From NCBI GenBank assembly GCA_951406725.2, contig OX597828.1, positions 1,922,001-1,986,000 on the forward strand: 64,000 nucleotides of DNA, written 5' to 3'. Position 1 is the stretch's first letter, and each line of letters opens with the position of its first letter. Both the position numbers and the translations under genes were made by a program. Of this stretch, positions 36,987 to 52,180 are shown piece after piece. A model generated the notes under the pieces. It ran no database searches. It worked only from the letters and a program-made list of their open reading frames with translations, and was not told the origin of the DNA. Source of the DNA: Octopus vulgaris (Eukaryota).

Positions 36987-37572
36987 GTCTTTGTACAGCT
37001 TCTAACGCTGGAGATGTAATACGGTGTCAGCTGTTCACTATCAGTGAACTAAGGTGACACCCCCTTATTTTTCGAGCACCATCCAGAGTATTCGAGCGAT
37101 TCCAAGCAGTGCTGTTTTCTGCTAATGCTCCACCTTCATTTCAGCCCCTATTTGTTCCATGTACTTCTCAAGATATTTACTCACTGTTCCCAGGGCTCCG
37201 ACAATTATTTATTCTACTACCACCTTTTCCACCGACCACAACTGCTTAACCTCCCAAGCTAACCTATCATATCTACCAACTTTTCTTTCTTGCTTATCAT
37301 ATGCCTTGTTGTCAGCTTGGCATGCTATATCTATGATCCAGCATAGTTTGCTGTCTTTCTCAATTAACACTCTGTCTAGCTTCCTGTTCTCTATTTCATG
37401 GTCGCACTGAATCATAAATTCTTTGCATTTTCATTTTTGATTATACCTTCGGGTTTATGGTCGTACCTATTTTTTCCTCTGTCAAATCCATACTTGCTGT
37501 AAAGTGTCCAACGGACAATCCTTGCTTTATTGTCATGGCGTCTCTTATGTTCTTTCTGAGCTAGTGGCGGGT
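36986..37572 (-). mobile_element. R4/Dong-like 3' fragment ending in (TAA)n
   Basis: LAQKEHKRRHDNKA...IIDIAC...KVGRYDRLAWEVKQLW...GALGTV...ALLG; the 3' UTR abuts (TAA)n at 36902-36985. Confidence 0.85.
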
Positions 37573-37733
37573 ATTTGTTTTCATCCTTTCGGGGTCGATG
37601 AATTATGTACCAGTTGAACACTGGAGTCGACACATTTCCTCCCCCAAAATGGCTGCCCTTGTGGGAAAACTTGAAACCATTATTATTGCTGCTGTTATTG
37701 TTGTTATTATTATTATTATTTTTTATATATATA

Positions 37734-38395
<662 letters not shown>

Positions 38396-38399
38396 CATG

Positions 38400-38434
<35 letters not shown>

Positions 38435-38459
38435 TATTATCATTATTATTACTATTATA

Positions 38460-38507
<48 letters not shown>

Positions 38508-38555
38508 GTTATTATTATTATTATTATTATTATTAATATTATCATTATTATTATT

Positions 38556-38766
38556 AAAGCAGCAAGCTGACAGAATCGTTTCCACTCTGGGCAAAATGTT
38601 TAGCAGCATTACGTCCATCTTTACGTTCTGGATTCAAATACCGCTGATGTCGACTTATTTTCATCCTTTCGGGGTTGACAAATTAAGTACAAGTGAAATA
38701 CTGGGGATGATGTAATTGACTAGTCTCTTCCCTCCAAATCTGAAACCCTGTGCCTTTGTAAAAAGG

Positions 38767-38770
<4 letters not shown>
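38556..38770 (+). mobile_element. SINE family A between TTA arrays
   Basis: aagcagcaagctgacagaatcgtt...tttcatcctttcggggttgac...aaaaggattattatt. Confidence 0.8.
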
Positions 38771-38836
<66 letters not shown>

Positions 38837-38865
38837 GTAGTAGTAGTAGTAGTAGTAGTAGTATC

Positions 38866-39245
38866 ATTCAGTATTATTTTTATAACGTGCTTTCACTTCA
38901 CTTCTGTGTGCCTTGGGTATTAACCGTGATGCTCTTATGGTTACTGTATTGAAAGTGTTTTGCGTAGGTTGTGTGCAGTGCCCAAGTAGTGCAATTTTCT
39001 GTATGTTGAATATAGTTGTAAGTCCTGTTGTTTTTGTTATGTATTTGTCTGAATATTTTTGTATAGGCGTAGGAGTGGCTGTGTGGTAAGTAGCTTGCTT
39101 ACGAACCACATGCTACCGGGTTCAGTCCCACTGCGTGGCACCTTTGGCAAGTGTCTTCTACTATAGCCTCGGGCCGACCAAAGCCTCGTGAGTGGATTTG
39201 GTAGACGGAAACTGAAAGAAGCCCGTCGTATATATATGTAATATC

Positions 39246-39344
<99 letters not shown>

Positions 39345-41352
39345 ATGTGTGTATAAGTTTGTGTGTCTGTGTTTGTCCCCCCAACATCGCTTGATAACCG
39401 ATGCTGGTGCTTACATCCCCGTAACTTAGCGGTTCGGCTAAAGACCCGATAGAATAAGTACTAGGTTTATAGAAAATAAGTTCTGGGGTCGATTTGCTCG
39501 ACTAAAGGCGGTGCTCCAGCATGGCCACAGTCAAAAGACTGAAACAAGTAAAAGAGTAAAAGAGTATACCTATTCGCCCACTATGATAGGAATTGTTTCT
39601 ACTTTTCGATTCCATATTCGAGTTACCTCTATTTCCAGGTCTTTGTATTTTGAAAGTTTCTCCATTTCTTTTAGAGAAACGTTGTCATCTGTTGGTATTG
39701 ATACATCAATTAGAAAACATTTTTTTTCTTCATGAAATCTGACAACTATATCTGGCCTGTTGGCCTTAATTTCTCTATCTGTGTGTATTGGCATATCCTA
39801 TAGTAAGGTTGCTTTCTCGTTTTCTGTGAGCTTTTCTGGCGTATGCGTATACCTTCTTTATTCTGTTGTTATTCCATAGTGTTGGCATAGCTTTCAGTGT
39901 ATATAGGTCCCAACTCTGTCGTGCCTGTAAATATATTCCTTCTTAGCTAGGACTGGGCAGCCAGAGATAATATGATTTATTGTTTCTTGTCCATCTCCAC
40001 ATATTCTGCAGTTACTTTTTATGTTTCTTTTCATTATATATTTTTGGTAATTTCTGGTGGGGAGGCTTTGGTCTTGCGCCGCAATTAAAAATCCTTCAGT
40101 CTCTGCTTTGAGTCCTGGGCGTCCCGACCATTGCTGGGATCTTTCTCTGTCTATTTCTTTTGCGTGTAGTTTAGCCCAGTATTTGCCATGAAGGGGCTTT
40201 TCTTGCCATCGTTTTATCAAGTTCCGTTGCTGTTCTAGCTTTAGTTTGGATCTCATTTGTTTTATAGCTTTTGTTGTTTCTTCTTCTTCATATTTGTTAG
40301 GTAGTATGACTTCTTGTTTGTATTTGTCAGCTTCCTTAAATACTGATAAAAGTGTTTGTTATGCTCGTGTTTTTTGGCTATTTGTACTAGTTTTCCTTGT
40401 TTCTGAAATAGGTATTTTTGCAGTCCTATGGTGGTTATTTTATAATAGTTTTCCATCTATATGAGGCCTCCGCCACCTTCTATATGTTGTATATATAACC
40501 TTTCTATGTCAGATTTTGGGTGGTGCATCCTAGATCCTGTCATTATTTTTCTTGTTTTCCTATCTATTTTGGTTAGTTCATTTAGTGTCCAGTTAAGGAT
40601 TTTGTAGCTGTAACTTATAACTGAGACGGCTTGAGTGTTAATACCTATTATCTTGATTTTAGCATTGAGCTATGTATTTAGTATTGATCTAACTCGTCTA
40701 TAGTATTCTTTATTTTCTCTTTCATTTGTGTGTGTTGTGTCTTATCTAGTTCATTGATTCCTAAATATTTGTAAGTTTGGCTTTGGTCTAATTCTCTTAT
40801 TTCATTGGCTTTATCTAGTGTGATGTTGCTACTTTTAACTAGTTTTCCTCTTTTCAAGGTTGCTTTGGCATATTTTTCTAAGCCAAATTTCATATTTATT
40901 TCTTTGGTAAATCCATGTACTCTCTGTAGTAGTGTTTTCAGCTCTTTATCATTCGTAGCGTATAGTTTTAAGTCATCCATATATAATAGGTGGCTAATTT
41001 GTAACATTTGTATCCGCATCCTGTTCTGTTAAGTATATCAGATAAAGGTGTCAGTGCTAAGAAGAAAAGGAGTGGAGATAGCGTGTCTCCCTGGAATATT
41101 CCTCTTCTAATGGGGATGGCTTTGGTTTTTATGAGTCCCACTTTTGTTTGGAGCTGTAGCACTGTCTGCCATATTTTCATAGAGTGTTTTATGTATTTTA
41201 TGAACATTGGTGCTACCTTGTTTATGGCTAGTGTTTCCATGTGTGGGGGATGCTGTCAAAAGCCTTTCGGTAGTTGATCCAGGCCATACTTCGGCCTCTC
41301 TGCTTTCTGCGGCTGTCTTCAGTTATGGCTTTATTGATCATTAGTTGATCTT
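38866..41352 (-). mobile_element. 5'-truncated R4/Dong-like RT-RLE retrotransposon, same family as 37836-38325, interrupted by a SINE
   Basis: RT motifs RRGIFQGDTLSPLLF, HLLYMDDLKLY and YKYLG; zinc knuckle CRIC...HIISGC; RHD and RPDIVV; same 3' UTR (aaagcacg.tataaaaat..tactgaa) as 37836. Confidence 0.92.
39066..39564 (+). mobile_element. SINE family B, complete, inserted in the Dong-like element
   Basis: A box tggctgtgtgg, B box ggttcagtccc, CORE-like ttggcaagtgtcttc, internal (CTAT)n/(GT)n, and tail gaaacaagtaaaagagtaaaagag. Confidence 0.92.
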
Positions 41353-41408
41353 TATTATTATTATTATTGTTGTTGTTGTTGTTGTTGTTCTTCTTCTTCT
41401 TCTTCTTC

Positions 41409-41494
<86 letters not shown>

Positions 41495-41497
<3 letters not shown>

Positions 41498-44400
41498 TAA
41501 TCTTTATTTTGCAATGTTATTTTCGGTGTTTTATGCAAATCTGTAAACCCTTGAGTTGTGTTTTTGTCTGCATAATTTTATCTTTCCCAAGGCACCTATT
41601 ATTATAAAGATTTTCAGGCTCAATATTCGAGTTATTTCTATCTCAAGAATTTTATATTGGATAATTTTTCTCCATTTATTTCAGGTATACATTATTATAT
41701 GTTTGGTCTGATTTATTGATTGAGGGACATTTCTTTTCTTAGTGGTCCTCAACAACAGTTTCTGATCGATTATCTTTTATTTTCATATCTGTCTGCATTG
41801 GCAAATCCCAAAATATTATAGCCTTGTTATTCCCGGATTCATATTTTGATGCATTTCTAAAACATCTTTTTTCTTCTGTTAGTATTTCATAATGTTGGAT
41901 TACTTCCAGTATATGTAAGTCCGAACTCTGTCACGCCTGTGGAAATATTTTTTCGTAGCTCACACTGGGCGATCACAGTCAAGATGCTTTACTATTTCTT
42001 ACCCATCTCCAATTCAGCAGTTATAGTATTTCTTTTTTCATCATATGAGTTTGATGTTTTGTGAGAGTGAGGCTGCCGCAAGCAAGAACGCTTCAAGTCT
42101 CCGCTTAGAGTCCCGTGCTTCTTAGATAGTGTTTCGAATGTTTGTCTCCACTTCATATTTATTCCTGCATTGGTCACGTAGAAGATTTTTTCACATTCAC
42201 TTCAACAAGGCCTCCTGTAAATCCAAGTTTAGCTTATAGTTTATCTTGTTTCCTGTTTTTCTTCATAGCTCTTGGTCATTGTTTTCTGTTTTGTATTTGT
42301 TGGCTTCCTTGAAAGCAGAAAATGGTTTTGTTCGTAATTCGTAGCTTTTTCTCCATTAATTTCCCATGATTCTCTATAGGATATTTTTTATAGTCACTCC
42401 ATAGATATTTTGTAATCCTATTCTGGTTGTATAAAGTCAATATTGCCTTGTATTCGCGGTAAGTATAATTTTTCTATATCTGATTTTGGGTAGTGTATTG
42501 TAAATGCAGCCATTATTACCTCTATTTCTTGTTTAACGTTGCCAGTTTAGCATTCCGTTGAGAATACTATAGCGATAATTTAGAAGTGGGACAGCTATAT
42601 TATTGTTGCCTATTACCTTCTTAGTTTTTTGGTTTCTTTTTTCATTAAGCTCAGTTTTAAGTATTAATCTAATGCGTCTACAATATTCCTTCCTAAATCT
42701 TTTGTCATTTGTATGTGGCTTCCTAAGTGTTTTGTCTAATTCTCTTATCTTTGTATAGTAAGATAATAGTGTTCTTAATTTTCGTCTCTTCAAGGTCACT
42801 TTAGTACATTTTCTATGCCTACAGTGATGTTTTGAGCTGTTTGCCATTTGTAAGCAAAGAACTTTTGGCGATCCATATAGAGATGGCTGATTGTCTTGTC
42901 AGGAGTATTTGTATCTATTCCTAGTTCTGCTTAACAGGTCTATCAATGGCGTCAATGCCAGACAAAAAAGTGAGAGTGAAAAGGGGAGAGAAAGAGAGAA
43001 TGAGAGAATCCTTCGGATTCTTTTTCAAAGAGAGAAGGTTCTGTCTGTAACTGCAAAACTGTTGCCATTTACTCGGATATTTTCTTATTACTGTTGCTAT
43101 GTTATTCATGACTAGTATGTCTAGGATCTAAATGCGGGGAACACTGTCAAAAACCTTCCAATAGTCAATTTCTGCATGCACATTGGCTTCATTTTCCTTT
43201 GCCAGTTTTCAATTTTTACTTTATTAACCGTTCTTTCAGCTCTTCTAAAAGTATACAGTTTTCCCTTAGATATTAGTTTGATCTCTGCCTTGGATTCTGT
43301 AAATTTTGGAAAGAACATTATAACTCTGTATTTTGGTGATTTTGGTGGATATCAAAATACTTTTATTTTTTAGTGCTATCTGTTAGCATCGCATTAAACT
43401 GCTATCCATTAGCATCTCATTAAACTTCTTTGCTTTCGCTTTGTTTTTATGTGACTCTGTCAAATATATTAACCAGAAGTTCGGAATCTTGCCATATCTT
43501 GGTACATTACAGTTGTTTCATTTTTGTAATAACTATATTACATCTAGCATTTTTTATGGATACCACAATAGTTCAGATGCTGTATTAGCTGCTTTGATAA
43601 ATCGTTATCCTGGTGGTCTCCTTACTGCTCATACCACTTCTCAACACTCTTCTTTTTATTTGTATTTAGTTCTCCATTGATCCCAATTTTATGTGTTTTT
43701 TCAAAGAATCATTGACGCTTTTTAAACCGATGGGGTTATAACAGTTTAACAAGAATCTCTTGTTTTAAGAGTTCTTTGATTTCAAATTTACCTCCTAGTG
43801 TTAGATATTTCTGTAGTATTTGTGTACCTCTCTTTTTTACAGTTCTGTTGTTTTATAAGGGAATTTCCTCGAAGATTGAGAGTTCCTTTCTATTATTTCT
43901 ATCTGTTCTTTCTGAATTGTCCATGTTGTTTTCATGGATTTTAATACTCGTATTTGAGCAGATTTCAGTTTTGTACCCACTTTCTTTTGTAGTCATAGAG
44001 ATTATTGCATATACTATTTCATTTGAGTATTATCATCAGAAGATATTTTCGTAGGTATACAAGATTAATTAGCTTTAATTCTTAAATCATACCTAGTTTT
44101 AGAGTGTCGGGGTCATGATTTCCACCTTTGGAATGCCCTTTTCTTAATAACTTCTACTTATTCCATTCTACTTACACATTTGTTTGAATATATCTTGTTC
44201 CCCCCACCTTTTTTTGGTTAGCATTGTGCAGTTCTAGATTTTAGATTTGTCATGTTTCGTTATTTATTTCATTTGTGTTGCACAAGTCAGTTCCATCTCT
44301 GCAGTTCACATTATCGGTGCTTTTCTTGATAATGAATATTTTGTGATCGCTTCTTCTGTTTTCGAATTGCATTCCTTCTTTTAAATGTTCTATATCAATT

Positions 44401-44600
44401 TCTGATAATTATTTTCCTTCTTGAGAATATCAACTACTTTAGTGAGGTCCAACGATACATTTACATCGGAGTTATTTTTTTTACCAAATTTTATACGAAT
44501 ATACTTGTTTGTGGGTAGTATATCGCTGTAGAATATACATGTAGAATAAAAATATATTCCACTAGTGCCCATTTGTGACTTTTTAATATCCTTTTTGGGA
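41495..44600 (-). pseudogene. Long, heavily decayed R4/Dong-like element
   Basis: Remnants IIFWDLPMQTD, HRRDRVRTYI, HYPKSDIEKLYL, RLILKTELN and SHLYMD; 3' end abuts (TAA)n; 5' limit approximate. Confidence 0.7.
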
Positions 44601-45061
44601 GGCTTAAGCAGTGAAGGGCAGACCTTTTATTTAGATATCCATCATTTTGAACGGGTAGCGGTTTGTTTCTGTTGGTGAGATTTTCACACGTAACATTTTG
44701 GGTTATTGTGAAAGAAATTCAAATAAGCATTGCCCGTTTAAGAACTTAAGGCTGAATATTATGGTTTTAACTTGAATTATTTGTCATTTATTGTGTTTGA
44801 TGGTGAGAGGTGGAGTGGTCTGCTATCGGTACAGACAGCGCTTCGTTGCTCGTGTTCATATGTTGTATGAAAAATTGGATACTGTAAACACTTTTAATAT
44901 CTTATCTTATACATGGTATATATCTATAAAAATCGCATATCGTTTGATCTTGTTAAGCCGACTCTTTTGTTACCTACTCAATGAAAGAAATAAGAAATTT
45001 TGAAATTGAAACAGAATTTCCAAAATGATTTCCACGCTTTTATTTTTACTGGCTAGCTAGC

Positions 45062-45063
<2 letters not shown>

Positions 45064-45147
<84 letters not shown>
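45064..45147. repeat. (GA)n microsatellite
   Basis: Directly visible. Confidence 0.95.
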
Positions 45148-45149
<2 letters not shown>

Positions 45150-45199
45150 GCAAGTTGATGTGAATCTATCGTTTCCTAACGCTGCAGAAGTAGTAACGT

Positions 45200-47150
45200 C
45201 ATGTGATAGTAACAACAACACCAACAAAGTAACAGCCTAAGCCACAACAACAACAGTGACGATGCATCAAACAAACTAGTATTAATAGCCGTAAAATAGC
45301 GCCTGCCGCCACATAATTACTGGTGGCAGAGGGAAACTTATTGTCATCGTCATGCCCGTGTAATAGCATATTGCAGTAGCAGAAATGGAGCCACTATCAC
45401 ACCACATCACTAATAATCAGTAGAACAACAATAACAACAATGTTAACAAATTCAGCATCAGAGATACAAGACAAAAAGCCATTCATTTGCTGCTGTTGCA
45501 ATAAGTTTTTATTTAGTTCCTTCGTCAGTTATTGGAAAATGCAGAACAACACGTCATCAAACTCGGAGAAAACGATATTACAACTGCCAGAGCTAACCGT
45601 TAGAAGAACGGTGGTATACATGTTGAAGAGGCATTGACTAGAGCGTGTCTATCAAGTACAAGTCAAGCAAGCCCTGCTTGAAAAGCACCCGAGGTGGCAG
45701 AATTTATTTGTCATACGATTGTATACGAGTGAATTTTCAGGAGGAGATCTTGGCCCAAAAGCAATCCACCATACTACATAGGAATAAGAAACTTATCCTA
45801 ATACCAATGTACTTGGGACACGGAGCAATTAGGATAAGAGCTGAGAACATATCAGCAGAACTAGAATACTGGTTGCTGATCAAATGAGTTGTACTGAAGG
45901 ATGTACGTTGATAGAAATAGAAAGATTTGATGGGGAAAATCGAGTTGGGATAAGGCTGTAGATCCTGATTTAGGTGAAACATGAGACTCTGGACAGGATT
46001 TCCAGCGTAATAGAAATTCTGGAACTGCAACTGCAGGTGGTATGAGATTTCACAGCCATTTCCGACACCTACGAGGTGTAAGCATCTCCAAGCCTACTAG
46101 TATCGACAGGTGGTGTTACTGCGTTGCTTTGAAAATGTGTTTCGCAATATCTCACAATAGAATCCTCTTCATGGGCCTAGAAGATAAGTTGGTGGTTCCA
46201 GATGTGAGCAGTAGTGAAGACCAAACCTTTAGTCTAGGAGTCATCTTCGATCCCTTAAGAGCGAGGTGACTAGAAGATTTCTTAGACGACTCCAGCGTCT
46301 AGAAGACTTCTTACGAACGAATCACTCTTTACTTCAAGTGGCTGTTTAGAACTCATCATTGGATGCCCACTCTGATTGCGTCTAGTCAACTTATAGAAGA
46401 AGGGTTGACTCAGAAGGTTCGCAAACCTACTCAGTCATCTTGCAGATACCAACTTGATTTCTGGAATCTATCTCTAAAATGATCCGAGGGAAAGTTACTC
46501 GAAAGGATTTGGCGTCTGTTCTTTAAATTTTTGTGGAAGAGACACGTTCCATTAATCAGATGGTCCAGTTGTCGTCAACACCCGCTGTGTTGAGATATGC
46601 GTAGATCGATGAAGCTGTTCTCCATGCATTCCGTCCAGTAACCGAGCATTGCTGCATGTAGGACTCATCCAGCCACCAGCTGAATCTATTATCAGGCTGG
46701 TGGCCTTAGTGAAATTGGTTGTATGAAGGTCACAACGGAAAGGGCTGAAGATAAATTCCTTCTACTTTTGCCAAACCCACGTCAACTTTTTAAAGTTTCA
46801 ATGAAAAAGGAAAGTAAGGGTGGAAAGGAAAGTGTTGCCTTCCATCAAATTTGTTGAAAGATAGATGAGAATAGTAAGGATGATTCGAGTGAGCGAGTTA
46901 GCTCTAAAGAAGTCTGTTGATTGAGGAAGGTGTTTAGGAGAGGGCTCCTTCTCCAGTGGCCAGGTAACCGTTGTTTTGTGGGATTCCCATGAGCAGCCCT
47001 TGGAAGTTTCCTCGATTTTGGTGAAATATTTCTTGTTTGAATTTTTTGCTTCTTTGTTTCTGTTATTTTATTGCTTTTGTGTATTGTATTGTAGCATCCC
47101 GTACTGTACATGATCTCCTTATAAAACCTTAAAGCTTAATAAAGAAAGCA
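45200..47150 (+). mobile_element. Internally deleted L1/Tx1-like element related to 29950-33062, ending in (CTA)n
   Basis: LILIPMYLGHGAIRIRAENI (ORF1-like; compare LVLLPTY at 21.4 kb), LGVIF and LFFKFLW; 46783-46830 aligns with 32738-32780. Confidence 0.55.
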
Positions 47151-47207
<57 letters not shown>

Positions 47208-47621
47208 ATTTTTAGTCAATTCATTAGAAAAAAGCTGGAATTAAACCAGGAACCCCTACCCCATAGCTCTCGGTATTATGTAGTTACATGAAGAAATCAA
47301 TAAAGTGATAGACAGAGAAACGGAAAAGTGGTTTGTTGGATGTTTATAATAAATGGACATGCACACAGGTGGGTTGTGTATATTAGGTAAATTTTTAAGT
47401 ACCTAGATACGACTTTAATAAATGTTTACGCATTTTTCGTTAATTTTTGTAAAGCTAATCAGTAAAATATAGATTTATCATCAGCCCTTTATTTATATAA
47501 TAAACTTGTTATAATCTTATGCACATGAACATTTTACTTTTCTTCTTACGCTTGTTTAATTTTTGGGGGTTGAAAAAGTAACAAAAAACAAAACAAAAAA
47601 TCTCTCCACTTTTATCAGTAC

Positions 47622-48022
47622 TAATATTGGTTTCAAATTTTCGCACAAAGCCAGCAACTTTGGGGGAAATCGATTATATCGATACCTTTACTCAACTACT
47701 ATTTATTTCATCGACACCGAATGGATGGAACGCAAAGTTACCTCGGCAGAATTTGAACACAGAACGTAAAGACGGACAAAATGTTGCTAAGGATCTGCCA
47801 CCTTTATCTTTTCTACTATAAGCACAAAGCCAGAAATTTGGTGGAAGGGGACTAGTTGAGGACAGGGACCCCATCAATCAAATACTACTTATTTTATCGA
47901 CACTAAAAGGATGAAAGGCAAAGTCAACCTCGGCGAAATTTGAACTCAGAACGTAAAAACAGACGAAGTGCTATAAGATTTTTTGCCCTCTCTGCTAATG
48001 AATCATCCAGCTCACCGCCTTC
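47622..48022 (-). mobile_element. Two adjacent SINE family A copies (47622-47800 and 47808-48022)
   Basis: aaaggatgaaaggcaaagtcaacctcggcgaaatttgaactcagaacgt...gctcaccgcctt; tttatcagtactaatatt occurs on both flanks (47611 and 48023), a possible TSD. Confidence 0.8.
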
Positions 48023-48105
48023 TTTATCAGTACTAATATTAACACAATCTCACAAATTCAGGTATATCCATACTCAAAAGAAGTTTACACGTTAATAGTG
48101 CGCAC

Positions 48106-48111
48106 GTGTGT

Positions 48112-48188
<77 letters not shown>

Positions 48189-48190
48189 CG
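48106..48190. repeat. (GT)n followed by (GC)n, an alternating purine-pyrimidine tract
   Basis: Directly visible. Confidence 0.9.
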
Positions 48191-51100
48191 TTTGCATGCG
48201 AATGTTATGTGTCTTTTAAGTGAGATGGTAGATTTATAAATTTCATGTTTGCTCTAATCTTATCGATCGGTACTACTTGGACGTGTTCAAATGTATATGT
48301 GTTTAAGTATATTGTAAATCCATCTCATGTTTATAATATTTAATGTTTCTCGACAAATATATTCGCCATGTGTAGTTTGAGAAAAAAATTATAATGTAGC
48401 TTTGTTTCTGTTACGGCAAATGGATTTCTTTTGGCATAGAGAAATAAATATATTTTGGCATTTTGAGATTTAAAAAATAATTTTGTCTATTTAATCAATA
48501 AATTTATATAAAAGAATTTTGCTGTTTTCTAACAGAATGAATAGTTTATGTAATATTTACATCTGTTTCTATAAAAATCCATTAATTTCTTTCCATTGTT
48601 AAATCAGAGAATCTAATATCGAATATTTTGTAGAATTTAATAGAGACGTTAGGTAAGGTTGAATGAGGCAACGCGGTTGCTATTGCTATCATGGCTCATA
48701 TTGTAAAGTTTAAAGAAGCAGACAGATCAAATATTAGATATGACAGTCTGTATAAGTATATTCACTATTTTTTAATATGAAATATAGTGTAGGGTGTTTG
48801 AAGCTTTTGTGCAATATATCAAAATATAGGAGTGTCGAACTGTAATGTTATGTACTATTCAAATAATATGTTTGAAAGAGATATTGGTTTAGATTACGAG
48901 ACAGAAGTTATTCGGACGCTTTAATATCATATCTCAAGAGATGAAAATCTCCAAGATGTCACCTAAGTGATTGGTTCAGTTTCCATTCATGAAACATCAC
49001 TACCTTTATTACTCCGCATATTGATTTCTGATTGAAGGACGTGGCCAAAAATGTGCTATTGCTAATGCTTTACAAACAAATATAACATCAGTGATATATT
49101 CTATCTTGTTCTCAGTTATGCCACTGCTTGTCGCCGCAGCATATTTATTTTCTTTCATCAACATCATTACGTCTCACAATTCATTATATTGCTCAATTGC
49201 TCGGTCTGTATTTTTCTGAGATCCTGGAATATAATCTTTAGTATTCATTCTACTGCGAGATGATACATGCTTCTAAAGTCCCATTGGGGATTATTTTTTA
49301 TATCTTAGATTACCCTCGCCCCTAAAAGAGGTTATTTGGTCGTTTGTTAAAGTTGGTCATTAACACGTCACTTCTGCAATCTATTTCTTATACTCTAGAT
49401 GCGTGTCTACTCTTACAGACTACAAATTCCACCTCAGCTAACCCAACGCATATCTCTCTCCTCTTCTCATCCTTTATCTAAATAAGCCTACAAACCTTGC
49501 AATATATCCTTCAAAATTGTAAGCAATTGTAAATTTTTATCACCATTTCTGACTTTCATTACTACAAAAATTCAAACCAAATGGTACCAGACTGGCAGAG
49601 CCTACAAACTCTATGGACTTTACTACCATTTGCTTCTGACAAAAGAATGATTTTCTCCATAGTGCGCGAAAAAGACATTAGCTATCATAGACAATTGTCA
49701 ATATGAAAAAAAAATCTTTACTCGAAACCAAGTGTTAATGCATTATTCAACTACCTATAGGAATGATTTTAAGAATTCTTCATAGCATTGCAAACATCAA
49801 AATGTTTATCTGAACCATCTTCAAGCGTATTATTTGAAGAAGGTGAAGTTGGTGTTTCCACTGTAAAGTAACATTTAAACTACGGAAGGAATAGTTCGAT
49901 TTGATTATGAGTATGCTTTTTGGGTCGATACCATATCGTAATTGATAAATTAAGAAAAATGGCTTAATATTGTCTTACAGTAATGGTAGCTATTGTCTTC
50001 CAAACCATGTTAATATGGCTAACAGAATTAGGTACTAAAATGTTCACGTCTCATTTCTAAAATATTCACACCTTACATAACAACCCTCCCTAGAATGGCG
50101 GCACCTTAGGGAATTTCTGGTAATTTTGAACCAACGAGGGACTCTATCTGCTAGAAATTGTAACCAAGTATCTCTCAAATTATATCCTACCGTCTTAGAT
50201 AAGGGCACATTAAATAATGTTCTCTTAGGTTTCAAGCATGCATGAAGAAGGCAGGATGGCTACAGATGGAATGCCTTGATCATACGTCAGGGTTGATCTG
50301 TGATTAAACAGATAATTTGATAGTCTATAGTAAAATTGTACACGGGCTTCGTAAGAAAATAATATCTATTCTTAAATGACTTCTAATGTTCTATATTTCC
50401 TTTTATCCTCCTTACTCTCACTATTATTACGTTGTAACTTAATGTATATTGTTTAATGAAGCCCAACAAAAGTAAGACGTTGATAACCAATATTCTGCTC
50501 TTTATCTGCATTATGATCGCAGCTCGTCACTAAATGTATTCTCTTTGTCTCTCTTAACATCATTATTACCATCATTGTCTTTTTCATTTGCTTAGAAGTA
50601 TATATAAATACTGCTTGTCAAAGTCGTTGTTGATACTGACGCTGCTGTTTGTGACATAAAGTAATACTAAGTAACAATATTTTCCAACTTTAATATTTAT
50701 TGAGAATATTTATTTAATCAGCTTTTATGAAATTATATCGATATGAAACATTGTGTATTACAGAATAACAGTCAGGTAGAACTCTGTTTCTAGTTTTATT
50801 TTAATGTTTAAGGCGAGATAAATTTAATTATGATCATAAGTGCTGATTTGATTGCCCAAGAGAGAAAAGTGCTTAGAGTTTGGATAAAGTTTTAGTTAAA
50901 TGGATCGTAGCGCAATGTAAACTCGGATAACATTGTACTAACTATAATATATTAAATGACTCAGCATTCTACTCCCACAGTTATCACTTGCGACCTTACC
51001 ATCAGAAAGATTATCTATCTTAGGTAAACGAATGAGGTATAGAGTATGAGTTTTGTTTGCATAAGTGTTTGCAATTAGTTTAAATGGGAATCAAAACAAT

Positions 51101-52029
51101 CGCAAAATGTGCTCACCAAGAACTTTGGATGGTGCTCAATCAGACATTTTACGGTCTGTTATTAAATAAAACTAATGTTTTATGTCCTCTTTGGCCGATT
51201 TGTTATATTCGTTGTAAACTGACAGTAAATTCTTTCCGACTGACACTAGAAGTATGACGCTTTAAACATGCAATATGTTCACATTTTTGCCGTTGTCTCA
51301 GTGAAGTAGAAATGAGAAGAAAGGGAGAGAATATACATGATAGTCCAGATATTGCTCTGTCCAAATTCAGTCACTTTCTAGAGTGTTTTTGAAGTCAGGA
51401 ACTTTGTTCTTCCAGTGTTATAAACTACCTTAACCAGTTTCTCCAAAATCATCAGTTGTCAGAGTAAAACGAAAACAAAAGAAAATTAATTGTTTGCATG
51501 CAATCCTGAATGAGGAGAAGTAGAGAGTACAGCTGTGCTGAACGATTTGAAAAACAAGTTGTTGCCACTGAATGGATGACAGCTTAAGCCAACAAGCTTG
51601 TCAAAAGGAAAAGACTCTCTCTTTCTCTTTCTTTCCTTCTTTCTCTCTCTCTTCTTTCTCTTTAATGCTATAAAACTTTTTTACAGGAATATTTCAAGGC
51701 GATGGCCTCTCTTTATTAATATTTGACATTAAGTCCTTTAATGTGCGTTGGATATACATTTTTCTCGTTAAATATTAGAAGAAAAAAGAGTATGAACAGT
51801 CTTTTGAGGCTTTCATAGACTGATGAGGAAATAGAGACAGAATGAAGGTGACTCGAGGAGAAAGTCTGGTTGTGCTGTAGTTAGTATAAAGGTGAAAGAA
51901 ACTAAGATAAAGCTGGAAAAAGACAGAGAGAATAAACGGGGCCCAGATGTTGATCGTTAAATAGAAAAGCGTCAATAGAAAAGCGTGGATTATGTTCAAA
52001 ATAAAAATAAGAAAGAACTGTATCCATAC

Positions 52030-52180
52030 AAGCCTGAAATTTCTCCCACAACTCTTTTACAATTGTTTCATTTGAATCATCAGCTAAATCAGAACAGATC
52101 GGTGTATCCTGATCGACTTTCGGGATTAGCCACATAATCTTCTGGAAGTCACTTGTATCATTGAGACAACTTAATATATC
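52030..52180 (-). CDS. Candidate internal exon (151 nt) of an unidentified host gene
   Basis: ttttctcag acceptor, one open frame DILSCLNDTSDFQKIMWLIPKVDQDTPICSDLADDSNETIVKELWEKFQA, gtatgg donor; lies in a repeat-poor region; no recognisable homology. Confidence 0.25.

Noticed and set aside
39066-39140. tRNA gene
   Set aside because: A and B boxes are present but there is no convincing cloverleaf, and the sequence runs into the SINE body; it is a tRNA-derived SINE head.
50140-50310. Possible tail of a third SINE-like family
   Set aside because: The resemblance is from memory only; there is no second clear copy or head in the window.
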